The notes under the pieces are model-generated. The model was not told the origin of the DNA. It did not search any database and saw only the letters and a list, made by a program, of their open reading frames with translations. Positions 51,849 through 64,000 of a stretch of 64,000 bases of DNA are shown piece by piece (the first letter of the stretch is position 1; every line of letters starts with the position of its first letter). The stretch covers positions 101,866,001-101,930,000 of the forward strand of contig OX597823.1 in assembly GCA_951406725.2 (NCBI GenBank), written 5' to 3'. The translations under genes and the position numbers were made by a program. The DNA is from Octopus vulgaris. Taxonomy: Eukaryota.

Positions 51849-53959
51849 TTTCAAACATTGACATTTTTCAACAAAAGACAAGTTGTTATATAAAACCGCT
51901 TTCCACAGTGAACGGTAATGAAGTTAATAGGGTTAAAAATCATAATCATAGACCATGGTGAAAGTTAAGGTGTCTTTTTTCAGACTTGAATTCCTACTCA
52001 AGACGTAGTCTGCTGTTAATGCTATCATTTACATTGTCTAAATGATATTTATCATTAATGTTCCTTAACAAAATCATAAATAAATAAATAAATAATGGCA
52101 AGCTAAAAATACTTCTTGTAGTACAAAACTGACGATGTAGGAATGTCTGAAGTCTGTGATGGAAACACACCAGGCGTATCTTGAGTAAAAGATCGAAGGA
52201 CGCTAACATTATATCGATAGCGCCTTATCATCATCATGATCAGGACCATCATCCTCATCATCGGTTCGAGCTTCTTCAGATTCACGTGACTCTGATTTTC
52301 CATCCAATCACTATCCTCCCACGCCTTGTAATAGCTGTTCTCGATAACATCTAGTGTCGACTACTAAATGGTCGACGCATATCTTTGCAGGACGAGCGAT
52401 GCGATTTCGAACTATGTCGAAGCGTTCAATGTAGTGAGTCACCCCAGTACGCAACTGGTACTTAATTTATCAACCCCGAAAGGATGAAGGGCAAAGTCGA
52501 CCTCGGCGGAATTTGAACTCAGAACGTAACGGCAGACGAAATCCATTAAGTATTTTTCCCGGCGTGCTAACGCTTCTGCCAACTCCCCGCCTTAAAATAG
52601 GAAAAATATTTATTTCTTTACTTGTACCTGATATTTTAGGTTGCTTAGCACTAATTATTTCTTTGAGAGGGTGTTTAGTGGAGGTGTTCCATTTCTACAA
52701 CTCGGAAAGACAAAGTTTAATCAATGACAGGTGTTTTTTTTAAGGTAAACATTTGTGTGTTGAGAGTGCTATTGTGTTCCGTCTTCAAATGCAGGAGTCG
52801 ATGTCTTATCAGACGAGGAAGCAGTTCTGTACGTGTTTCGGCCCTTTCCACCGCAACACCAGGGCTTCTCGGGACCACCCACAAACATAGGCCACAAAGT
52901 CCCGCACAACAGCCCGAATTACTCTTAATTTGTTGTTCGCGTTTTATTTATTCCATGGGACAACCCCGCAAGAAGATTCACAAGCATGGCGCTATAAATA
53001 AGACGGACCAAGAATTTATGAGTGGCTGAGTTCTCAAAGAAACTACGCTGCCTTTTCGTATGCTGTTGATAACTCTACAATCATGACTTGGAAAGCCGCA
53101 GGAAATCTCTTCATCGGCTCTTGCGTGTTTGCTGTGAACATAAATATATCCAAATCTGTTCCATTATGGGAATCAATATTGAATCAATATTAACACGACT
53201 ATAAGGAATTCTATAGTTCATTGCGTATTGTACTAAAATAATCAGTGACGTCATCGTTATTGCCCTCGTCGTCGTCGTCATCCTCCTCCTCTTCCTCCTC
53301 CTCCTCCTCATCATCATCATCAACTTCATCATCACAACCATCGTCGTCATAGCAGTCAATATCGTTATTCATACTATAATGTTTGCGTTCATTAATTTAC
53401 ATTGTCATCATCGTTATTGTCAAAGTCCCTCCACAAGATGACCACCACCACCATATCAACCCCTATAATCATCATCATCATCGTGCCTGTCATGTCTTCA
53501 TAATCGAGTTCTCTCGTACACTACTACCATTGTTCTTCCATACATCTCCAATGCATGGACATCACCGACACATCCTTCCCAGAGGACAATATTCCTGTAT
53601 CCTTTTATCGAAATTACCTTTAATAGTCTTTCACCGCCTCATATTGTTATTGTTGCCATTGTTGTTGTTGCTGCTCTCGTTGCTATTGTTGTTATCACAA
53701 CAACAACCACATCGCATTATTGTGTGTGATGTACCATACTTATTAATGTCTCTGCCCAGACAATGCATTTAACTTCTTCATAAAGTATGAATACTCAGCA
53801 ACATAATCCCAGGGATAAACGCTAATTAATTCTTGCTTCTCGGATAACAATGCAGTAGATTTCATTCGTACTCTTCTTAATTAGAGCACTCACTAAATTA
53901 TATACTAATTTAATTAGTTCAGTTTAATTATGGTCAGTTAATTGAGCTATCGTCTAAAC

Positions 53960-54215
53960 CAGTGTTTCTCAACCATTTTTTGCCTATGGACTCCTCCTTT
54001 GATTCCTCTTTTACTCTACTGGACATCCCCAGCCATTCCATGTTTTAAAAATCCTATTATAGTTTTATCATTAAGTATTATTAAGAATTGTATAGAAAAT
54101 TAAAATATTTTGTGTATTGTACAAATTATTAGCAATTTATTGCACCTAAACTTTTTAACAACCAAATCTTATATGGACGCCCAAGGCCCGTATGGACCCC
54201 GGCTCAGAACTAATG
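53960..54215. mobile_element. hAT (Charlie-like) MITE, degenerate
   Basis: Left end CAGTGTTTCTCAACC after gtctaaac; decayed right end ggctcagaactaatg; subterminal tatggac repeats. Confidence 0.55.
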
Positions 54216-54273
54216 GTATTGATTTCTTCATAAACCACACGCCTGATTTTTGTTATAGTTTAAGTCCCCACTT

Positions 54274-54357
<84 letters not shown>

Positions 54358-54837
54358 CTATTTATGCTAATTTTCAACATTTGCTCAGAGCCGCTAATGT
54401 TTTCAGAAGAAATGTTATCGATTTTATCGATCCACAGTACTTCATTGGTACTTAATTTTATCGACTCCGTAAAGAATGAAAAGCAAAGTCAACAGTGGTG
54501 CGATTTAAACTTAGAATGTAAAAGGGCGAAATTAAACATCGTGAGGCACTTTGTCCGCCATTTACCGACCCATCATCCATTGCTCTCTGAGATGAATTAA
54601 TATCGATAACTAATTTGATCACAAGGTCATTCTTTTATTTTTTGTTTCAGCCATTGATCTATAGCCATGCTGGGGCACTACTTTGAAGGGTTTAGTCTAA
54701 CAAATCGATCCCAGTACATATTTTTTTAAAGACTGGTGCTTATTCTATCGGTTGGTGAGCGGAAGCAGGGAACAAACATGACACAAAAACACACGCACAC
54801 ACATACATACATACAAACGGTGGTATAAACAGTCACA

Positions 54838-55035
54838 AGGCGGCGAGCTGGCAGAAACGTTAGCACGCCGGGCGAAATGCGTAGCTGTATTTCGTCTGCC
54901 GTTACGTTCTGAGTTCAAATTCCGCCGAGGTCGACTTTGCCTTTCATCCTTTCGGGGTCGATAAATCGACTTAATCCGTTTGTCTGTCCCTGTTTGTCCT
55001 CTCTGTGTTTAGCCCCTTGTGGGTAGTAAAGAAAT
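54838..55035 (+). mobile_element. Meta-domain-type SINE with a clear TSD
   Basis: ggtataaacagtca duplicated on both sides (~54822-54835 and 55037-55050). Confidence 0.85.
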
Positions 55036-55859
55036 AGGTATAAACAGTCATTATAGAAGGTGACTGCGAATATACACATATGGAAGGAAGTACGAATTTC
55101 ATAATTCCTTAAGGAATCATCACATTTTCTAACGACAACGCTAACTACAACAATAACGAACATAGCAGCAGCAACAACAATAGTAAACGACAATATTCTT
55201 TTCTACTCTAGGCACAAGGCCCCCAATTTTTTTTTTGGGGGGGGGGGGTGCAGTCGATTAGATCGACCCCAGTACGCAACTGGTACTTAATTTATCGACC
55301 CCGAAAGGATGAAAGGCTATTTAAACTCAGAACGTAAAGACAGACGAAATCCGTTAAGCATTTCGCCCGGCGTGTTAACGTTTCTGCCAGATCCCCGCCT
55401 TAAAATAGGAAAAATATTTATTTCTTTATTGCCCACAGGGGACTAAACATAGAACCTCAGTATTGATAGAGCTTGGTCGTCCAGGTCGAGAAAACATTGA
55501 AAGTGGCCAAAACATTGTTGGCAAGTCCAGACATTTAAAGCTTTATTTCCACAGACAGGGCGACTACTTCTTGTCGCTTTCCATTGTTTTAAATTCATAC
55601 AGCCTGCCGTATCTAATGCAGATCTGATCTAAACACATTTTAGCAGGGCAAAATCGATACGAACTTAATCATTATCGTATAAAGTAATTTCCAAAGAGAA
55701 AAAAAACAATAGAATAAAACTTAATGATTATTTTACCGCGAATATTGAAAAATTACCCTCAAAGTGATCGTGTCAAAATTGCTACAGGACTTTCTTTCCA
55801 ACTTAATATATAGCCTTGGTGTTCATTGTTTAATAATAATAATAATGATAATAATAATG

Positions 55860-55924
<65 letters not shown>

Positions 55925-55925
<1 letters not shown>

Positions 55926-56478
55926 CCCTGATGCAGTACCAGGCAGTGGCTCTCATGGCTTCTGATCTTAACTGATTTGAAGTGTTATCATGTGCATTGT
56001 TTTGTCTTGGTATAAAAGATGGGCTACAGCAAATATTCTGCTCAATACCACAGATTTGCTTGTCAGTTGTTTGGCCTTAACCAGTTGAGCATGTCCCTTA
56101 GTGGCTGACGATATGTGCATCTCTGATCACGAGCAGAAGTAGTGGGGGAGCATCCTAGCCATGTGTTGAGAGGGATTCTTTGGGGTTTGAATAATTCACC
56201 TCTGGAAACATGGGTGTTTCGTTCAACGTCCTTAAACAACCCTTATTCAGGGACCTTTTGAGCGGGATGGGTTACTCGATCTGAAGAAAATTCTAACTGG
56301 GCTCCACCTGCAAGGTCATGTGCTGTTTATCTTGATATGAGATCACCATGTCGCGCACATATGGTTGTGATGCATGTGCCTGGTGTACTCTTATCAGACG
56401 GGTAGTCATGATGGGTATACTGGGCTTCGTATATTTTACTCCAGTGTCACTTTGATGGCATGCTCTGCTCGCTCACTC
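55925..56478 (+). mobile_element. ~550-bp non-coding retroelement-like insert within a (TAA)n array
   Basis: Higher-complexity, higher-GC block bounded on both sides by long (TAA)n tracts; no long ORF. Confidence 0.5.
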
Positions 56479-56538
<60 letters not shown>

Positions 56539-58786
56539 GATGATAATAATAATAATTTAAACTTAATTTTAAATCAAACTTAATTGTAATTCGAATTTAA
56601 TTGTAGTGTTTTTACTTATCATATTATATATTTATCATTCATATTATACTTTTTGAGATCTAGTTATAAGATATATATTTTATAAAAATATATATTATTT
56701 GTTATTTATGTATTGGTTTATGTCTATCACTGTTTGAGTTGCATAATAGTGGTTTTATCTTTAATTTATATTATATATATATAAAGTTGTATCCCTCTAT
56801 ATCCCGTCACTTAGTAGTTGGACAAACTGATATTCGTTTAAATAAGTACCAGACTGGAATGAGTAGAGGAATCAAAAAGATCGAGTAAATACTCGAATAC
56901 GGAAGGCGGCGAACTGGCAGAAACGTTAGCACGCCGGGCGAAATGCTTAGTAGTATTTCGTCTGTCTTTGTGTTCTGAGCTCAAATTCCGCCGAGGTCGA
57001 CTTTGCCTTTCATCCTTTCGGGGTCGATTAATTAAGTACCAGTTACGCGCTTGGGTCGATATAATCGACTGGCCACCTCCCACCAAATTTCAGGCTTTGT
57101 GCCTAGTGTAGAAAAGAATACTTGACGACGGTACTGTGAGCATGCGCACAACATTCAAACAGAAAAAGGTGTTATGAAAAAATCAAAGCAGTGACATAAA
57201 TAAAAATAAATAATAATGAATAAATGTGCATCGGTTCAGGAATTCAAGAATCTCGGAATTTTGTTTCGCTTTTTATTTTATTTTATTTTATTTTATTTTA
57301 TTTATTTTCCTAGTAAAGTGGTTGAAAGCAGATTAATAATTAAAATTGGGACCAACATTTATGGGAATGTACAAAATCTAATTTGGCTTACCTGAATTAT
57401 CGAAATGTATAAGTAAACTGCTTCAAAATAGGTGAATCGTGCAAGTCCTTTATTTATTTATTTATTTATTCAAGACGGTGTTTTGGATTTTTATATTTTG
57501 AGCATCAGTGATTCAGATAACCGAAACAAGAAAGTCCACATTGTTTTTTGTCCTCTTTCTCAGAAAATAAGAAAAAAAAGAAAAAAAGGCGGTGTTGGGG
57601 AATGTTCATTTTGCACAAATTTCGAGAGTGTTCAAAACATATAAATCCGAATGGTGAATGGTGTTTCGAAAAAAAAATTCTAAAAGATTGAACATGTGCA
57701 CGTTTTACCTATTTTGAAGTATTTTGCTCTTTCGTTTCGGCGAATCAAACAAACCAAGACAGAATTTTACATTACCTATTATTTTGCTGGTTTCCAATTT
57801 TATTCCAAGTGAAATAAGCATCAGAGATGCTTTGCCCCACATAGAAACTGCAGAAGCTACTCAGAGGTATTGGCTCTTCTGATGATTCCAGTACAATGTC
57901 AGAAACTCTTCCGTATCAACAGCACTGTTTTCATCCACTTTCATCATTATTTTCTTCCATCTCTCTCAATCTCGCTCCCCACTCCCTCTCTCTTTCTCTC
58001 TTTCTTTTTCATTCTATCTAACACACACTCTCTCTTGCACACACACTCCCTCTCTCTCCCTTTCTCCCTCTCTGTCCCCCTTTTCTCCTCTATTTTGTTC
58101 TTCAGAAACAATGTAAACATTTTGGAGATGAAAAAAAGATACACCATTTAATTCGTTTATAATATGTTTTTATCTTTTCTTATCTTTTCTAAGACTTTTT
58201 GGAATGAAGGGGGATGAAAGAGGGGGAAGAATCGTATGTGAAGAAAAATATATTGAAGCAAATCATATTTAGCGTTGAAGTTATATATTTTCATATAAAT
58301 AACTATTTCATCAGCTTTCTTGAATGTTTTAAAATAATTTAATCGGAATTGATAATTTTATAGCGAAGCGTTTATATATATATTTTTAAAGATATTTTAA
58401 TGAGCATACAAAGGCATGTATATGCATGTGTTGTGTATTTATATTCCTGTGTTATTTATATAAACGAGAGAGAGAGAGAGAGTGTGTGTGTGTGTGTCTG
58501 CACATTCAAGCCAGAAGCCGTTTATTTCTCTTCATTTTCGTTTCCGTTTCATATATATGTATATATGTATGCGTGTATATTCGTATGTATGTGTGCGTAT
58601 ATGTGTATGTGTGCGTGTATTTGTAAAAATATTTATACATGCATATATAAATATATACACGCATTTATGTAATATGCATATATGAGTATATATACTAATA
58701 TATAAATATATATATATATATTTACATACGCATTTGTGTACATGCATATGTATGTATATATGTATATACGCATGTATATAAGTATG

Positions 58787-58831
<45 letters not shown>

Positions 58832-59204
58832 GTATGTATAATACTTATGTATAATACTTATGTATATGTATACATAAGTGTATATAAACATATATATACA
58901 TGTGTAGATATAGATAAGCTCTATATAAATATGCGTATGTATTAGAAGGAAGATAGAAGGCATATAGATGTGTACGGATGTGTATGTTTCTGTGGTGATG
59001 GTCACATAATATAATATATGTGTGTATAATAAATATATACTTATGTGTTCGATTTTATTGGATATGGTTTTCTAGTGAGTTTGAAAGATTTTATATGTAT
59101 CTGCATGTTTGCGCAGATGGTTTACGTACGTATACGCGTTGTATAAGTGCATATGTATTTGTGTGTGTATGTATGTGTGTATATATGTGTGTGTGTGTGT
59201 GTGT

Positions 59205-59242
<38 letters not shown>

Positions 59243-59595
59243 ATGTGATTATGCCCTTGTATATGATCACAGAGAGTTTTAAAATTAAGAGCAAGTAGCT
59301 ATCGTAGAAGAGTACTGTAAAAGTTTCTAGAACAGAAAACAAGACCATTGGGTGTCAACTATAGATTATATCTCTAACACTGAACATTAGGTCATGTGAG
59401 GTACCTTTGTGTAGACACCAAGTTGGAAACAACACTACACTTACACATCATATATAGAATTAAATCCGTGGTCAGGGGATTAACGAACACCTGGCTGCAT
59501 TCTACAGTACACTCACATATAAATAATACGCAGGAATCCAAAGTGATGGAGCAAAAGTTAAGAAAATTGATTTATATGGAGTTCATATACTAATT

Positions 59596-59637
<42 letters not shown>

Positions 59638-59647
59638 TGTATGTATG

Positions 59648-59705
<58 letters not shown>

Positions 59706-59756
59706 TGTATGTATGTATATATGTACGTATATGTATATAAGTGTATATATATGTAT

Positions 59757-59809
<53 letters not shown>

Positions 59810-59866
59810 CTTAGCCATAAATAATTTAAATAGTTAACGATCCACGGAGATTTTCAGTTCATCGAT

Positions 59867-61138
59867 TTATCGAGGAGATTTCTCGGGGGAGATATCCTCT
59901 ATCTTCTCAGAAGTACTACTGTCTCCTCCTGCTGGTGAAACTGGGGATTTCACTGGTGACTTGACAGGAATCATGCATGCTGGTTTCCCATTCTTCATTT
60001 CAAACGAGTTAATCGCTGGGGAAGTCTGAGGAGATTTATCAGTAATATTCATCACTGGAGACTTTTCAGGGGAGCTTTGTGGTGAAGGACTCGACGAAGG
60101 TCCAGAAGAACTCATTGCTACGAAACTAGGAGATTTTTCTGGGCTAATGGAAATCATGCTAGGAGACTTTTCAGCACTTCTCGTTGGTATCATTGTTGGG
60201 GATTTTTCTGGGCTCTTTGTAGGGATTATACTCTGAGGTGCGTCTGGGCTTCTAGTTGGTATCATAGACGGAGCCTTTTCTGGGCTCTTATTGGGAGATA
60301 TACTTGGTGAAGAATCTGAGCTCTTTGTTGGGGCTTTAGTAGGAGACATATCAGGGCTCCTAGTTGGGATCATTGATGGAGCTTTATCGGGGCTCTTATT
60401 AGGAGATGTATTTGATAACACATTTGGAATTTTAGTTGGTGACTTGTTGGGAGATATATCAGGGCTTCTGCTTGGTATCATAGATTGTGCCTTTTCAGGG
60501 CTCAGAGTTGGTATTTCAGAGCTCTTAGGTTTCACATCGTTTGGAGATTTCTCTTGCCCATCATTGGATATAACTGGCGATACTCCTGAATCTCGAATAT
60601 AACCAGAATCTGATAAGTTTAAACCCTCAACAGGACCAGCAGGTATCTCTGGATTTAAGATTGGAATTGGGCTTGGCAGTTTTTCTGGAATGGTTTCAGG
60701 AACAGGGCTCGGCGGCTGCGGAGAACGATTACCTGTAGGTAGTGAGTTTGGCGACTTTAATGGACTTTTTACTGGTGCGAGTTCTGGCGATTTTGTACCT
60801 GTTTTAAGAGCAGACGAATTGAGTGACTTATCTGGGCTTTTGATTGGGGATTTTTCAGCTGCCTTTGCCTTCGTCTTGTCTTTCGATTTGTCCCCTAGTC
60901 TACCTTTATCAGGTGTATCTTTTGGCGTTCTTGTTCCTGTTTTAGTTGCAGTTTTCACAGGAGTTCCTTGGTTTTCTGACTTACCAGAACCTTTAAAACC
61001 AGTCACATATCCACTTTTATCAGTTCTATCAACACGTCCACTGGTTCCTTTACCTTTCCCAGAACTGTCAAATCTTTCCCGATGGGAACCCGTATATCGA
61101 GACGTATCGGTCAAATTCGAAACAATCTTTGGAGATTT
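59867..61138 (-). CDS. TPPP: Terminal exon of a TPPP/p25-alpha family gene with a long KSP-repeat tail
   Basis: Hallmark p25-alpha C-terminal motif [29 protein letters not shown]...GYVTGFK. Acceptor ctgtctttgcag|, phase 0, then 423 open codons to the stop. Confidence 0.9.
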   Translation of the reverse strand, partial: KSPKIVSNLTDTSRYTGSHRERFDSSGKGKGTSGRVDRTDKSGYVTGFKGSGKSENQGTPVKTATKTGTRTPKDTPDKGRLGDKSKDKTKAKAAEKSPIKSPDKSLNSSALKTGTKSPELAPVKSPLKSPNSLPTGNRSPQPPSPVPETIPEKLPSPIPILNPEIPAGPVEGLNLSDSGYIRDSGVSPVISNDGQEKSPNDVKPKSSEIPTLSPEKAQSMIPSRSPDISPNKSPTKIPNVLSNTSPNKSPDKAPSMIPTRSPDMSPTKAPTKSSDSSPSISPNKSPEKAPSMIPTRSPDAPQSIIPTKSPEKSPTMIPTRSAEKSPSMISISPEKSPSFVAMSSSGPSSSPSPQSSPEKSPVMNITDKSPQTSPAINSFEMKNGKPACMIPVKSPVKSPVSPAGGDSSTSEKIEDISPEKSPR

Positions 61139-61920
61139 CTGCAAAGACAGATATTAATATATCAATCAAAACTTTGAAAAGACAAAGATTTGTAAAACGT
61201 AGGGGCACAAGGGGAAAAGATTTATTGGAAAGAGTTTAGCTGTAAAATATTTTAAAAGAAAACATACATAATTACACGTAATTTCATTCATTTCTCAATG
61301 ATTTTACTTCAAGATTATTCTCTTAATACGATGAGAAAAAGCTATTATCATCTTTTAATGTCATTTGCTCACCTTCACAAATCCTAAGCCTTACACATAA
61401 GTACGAAATCTTTGTCATCCAGGATGTACAAAAATAATTGATAAAAAACAGGACCCTGATTCCTGATTGTTTTTCTTTGGTGTAAGCGACGAAGGAATCA
61501 AAATGGAAATGGGGACAATTTTTAGCAAAGCAGAAGACCATGCATTGTTCGACGGCGCAGCATAGGACTTGAGTGAAATTTGAAACCATAAACTAGTGAT
61601 TCGATTGCTTGTTTAAACGTTTTAGCTCGGCGCCTACTCTACGTCTAAATCCTTTGTATTTTTATACACAAATCATCAATGTAACAATTCGATCCAGTTA
61701 CTGAGTGCTGTCGGTCCACAGGTAGATAAGTAAGTTTCTGTCGAATCATTTCTGGTACCCCGCTTTCGATTTTAGCTTACAATAATTCTATTTCACTTAA
61801 ACTGCAAGACATGAACGGTATGAATTCTTATTTTCTTTGTACCTGATGTTTATAAGATTAAATTAGTAACATTGCTACTTCATTGAAGATTGGGACTTTG
61901 GATTCGCTGGTGCCGTAATA

Positions 61921-61991
61921 CTGATAATAAAGACTGCTATTCCTGATAATAAAGACTGCTATTCCTGATAATAAAGACTGCTATTCCTGAT
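61921..61991. repeat. 22-bp tandem repeat, about 3 copies
   Basis: (ctgataataaagactgctattc)3 in the last TPPP intron. Confidence 0.9.
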
Positions 61992-63085
61992 GCTTCCCAA
62001 TCCTGGGTGGCCTTCCTTCTGCTGCAATTGTTTGGCGTTGAGTAACAAACTTTGCTTTCCATGTCAACATAAGGAGGCTTTGCGACTGAGAGATGTTAAA
62101 TGTTCCAAAGTCAATATGTATTGATGATTAATATAATACTGATAATATTTCTAATAATTAATATTCAGATAGACTAAGACGGCGAACTGGCTGAATCGTT
62201 AGCACCCCAGGAGAAATGCTTAGCGGCATTTCGTCTGTATTTACGTCCCGAGTTCAAATTCTGTTGCAGTCGACTTTGCATTTCATCCTTTCTGGTCGAT
62301 AAAATAAGTTCCAGTTGAACACTGGGATCTATATAATCGACTTATCCCCAACCCCGAAATTCTTGGCCTTGTGCCAAAATTAAAAACCAATAATTAATAT
62401 TTAGATAATCAATATAAAATACTTAAATGACTATTTGTATATTAATACATTTCCTCTTAATTATTTCATTAAGGCCATATTTCCGAAACTGTTACGTTGT
62501 CGCTCTTCCAATAATCGCAGGGGATTTCAACAGCACTGCCCATAAGTGGCAACAACAAAAAAAAAAAGAAGAGGAATAACAGGAAGTCGGATGAGTAGTA
62601 GGGTGGGATGCTATGATGCAAGTATATTATCCAAAGCTATACTTCAGTTGTTTCAAGTTGCTACGGTTGAGTCACACTCCTTTCTCTGAACATTGCTCGC
62701 TAAAATTAGCAAGGCTAAAATGATGAGGTGATTTCGAACTTCCATGGTAGCCTTGATATGGAGGGCTGATATAATGGCGTTGAGTAACATACGGCAACAG
62801 CGTGTTGCACCAGTTAGCCTTCATGGTCTCTCAAACAAACAGTCAGAGCCAGCTTTATTTTTGTCATGATCTGTACCGCAAGCAAATTTCCTTCTCTATC
62901 GACATTGCAATAAAATTAGTAAATAAGGAATGGAACCATTTCCTTTTAAATAAGGAAAGAATAATATAGTCCTGACAGAAAGCGATGGTCAAATTTGGAA
63001 TGCTTTTGATTATAGGTTTACACAAATATGTCTGTATGTATGTAAATGTATGTATGCATCTATATATATATTATCTGTATATGTG

Positions 63086-63144
<59 letters not shown>

Positions 63145-63161
63145 ATACATACATACATATA

Positions 63162-63206
<45 letters not shown>

Positions 63207-63297
63207 TACCATACACACCTTATGTTTAAAATTAACTCTGTTACTAATTCTAAAAATAATTGAAAGAATAAAAGAGACTCATGCCTTGGTTACGTAC

Positions 63298-63466
63298 AAT
63301 TTCTTTAACTCCGGGAGTTCCTTTCTTGATCAACTCACGAAATTCATTGGTGTACTTCTCCACACTTTCATCCTCTCGGCTCAGTTTCGTATTCTTTGTC
63401 TTTACTTTCGCATATTCATAGGCGCAATCAGCGATGAATAAAGGGAATTTTGAAATATGCATGTAT
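63298..63466 (-). CDS. TPPP: Penultimate exon of the TPPP-like gene (helical core); upstream exon(s) lie beyond the window
   Basis: Acceptor ctctcttttgcag|, donor |gtacgt; phase 2 to 0, joins in frame to 61138. YMHISKFPLFIADCAYEY...FRELIKKGTPGVKEI resembles the TPPP middle segment by eye. Confidence 0.7.
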
Positions 63467-64000
63467 CTGCAAAAGAGAGGCGAAAGGAAAATGAATATGT
63501 AAGAGACATTACATTATGACAGCCTTTGCTTGTCCTCAGGGGCACTATTTTCTTTATTATATATATATTATATACGGTACAAAGTATAAAAAATATACGA
63601 GAGCGAGGTAAAAGAAAAAATAGGGTGTATCAGATTGATGCTCAGGAAAATTGAAAATAGTTTTTAATGTTTTGAGGAGAGAAAAAACAAAGAGAAAAGA
63701 ACAAGCATGTCTCAGTTAGACTGTCGCCGCATGTTGAAATGACCGGATGTGGAAGAAGCAGGCTAGGGGTGTGGATGGCAAGAGAGACAGCCTTCCTGGA
63801 TCTTATTGTGCACTCTTGTTAGCATATATTATATGGCATCACTGTATCACAGTATTACAGTATTGGCCAGGCCATCAGATGTTGTTACACACCGCTGGTC
63901 ACAATGCGTTTCTAGTACTGTCTTGTTTGCGCCATTCTTTTCCATCTTGACCTAAACTGCTTGACCAAATCGTTTTCCCAACGTCGTGAAGGCCTTCCAA

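Noticed and set aside
60291-61157. Plus-strand ORFs 60291..60602 and 60690..61157
   Set aside because: Antisense shadows of the repetitive TPPP exon; no independent protein features.
61921-61991. CRISPR-like short repeats
   Set aside because: Contiguous tandem repeats with no spacers, no cas genes and a eukaryotic intron context.

Overview
AT-rich, microsatellite-dense animal genomic DNA. The repeat families (CORE-type and Meta-domain tRNA-SINEs, RTE, mariner, Penelope-like) suggest a cephalopod such as Octopus; this is inferred, not proven. Two host genes lie on the minus strand. (1) A complete 9-exon gene (ATG 26466, stop 601; 1092 nt, 363 aa) that I assembled by hand from phase-compatible splice sites; it encodes an uncharacterised type I membrane protein (signal peptide, Cys-rich domain, Pro/His linker, EB/EGF-like module, TM helix, short tail). 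(2) The last two exons of a divergent TPPP/p25-alpha gene with a long neurofilament-like KSP-repeat tail. The rest is mostly mobile DNA: two Tx1-clade LINEs both embedded in one (TATC)n array (one near full length, one 5'-truncated and carrying a nested CR1/L2-type fragment), RTE fragments, a decayed mariner, non-autonomous Helitrons (one with STPR-like 23-aa repeats), MULE/pogo/hAT/mariner MITEs and many SINEs. The most unusual signal is a set of small Penelope-like or retrozyme-like elements with hammerhead-ribozyme motifs: a ~500-bp palindrome of two outward-facing tRNA-promoter+hammerhead units, a 357-bp partial-tandem/inverted element with a rod-like fold, and a hammerhead with a ~90-nt structured helix II insertion. 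All structures and alignments were read by eye; no searches or folding were run.
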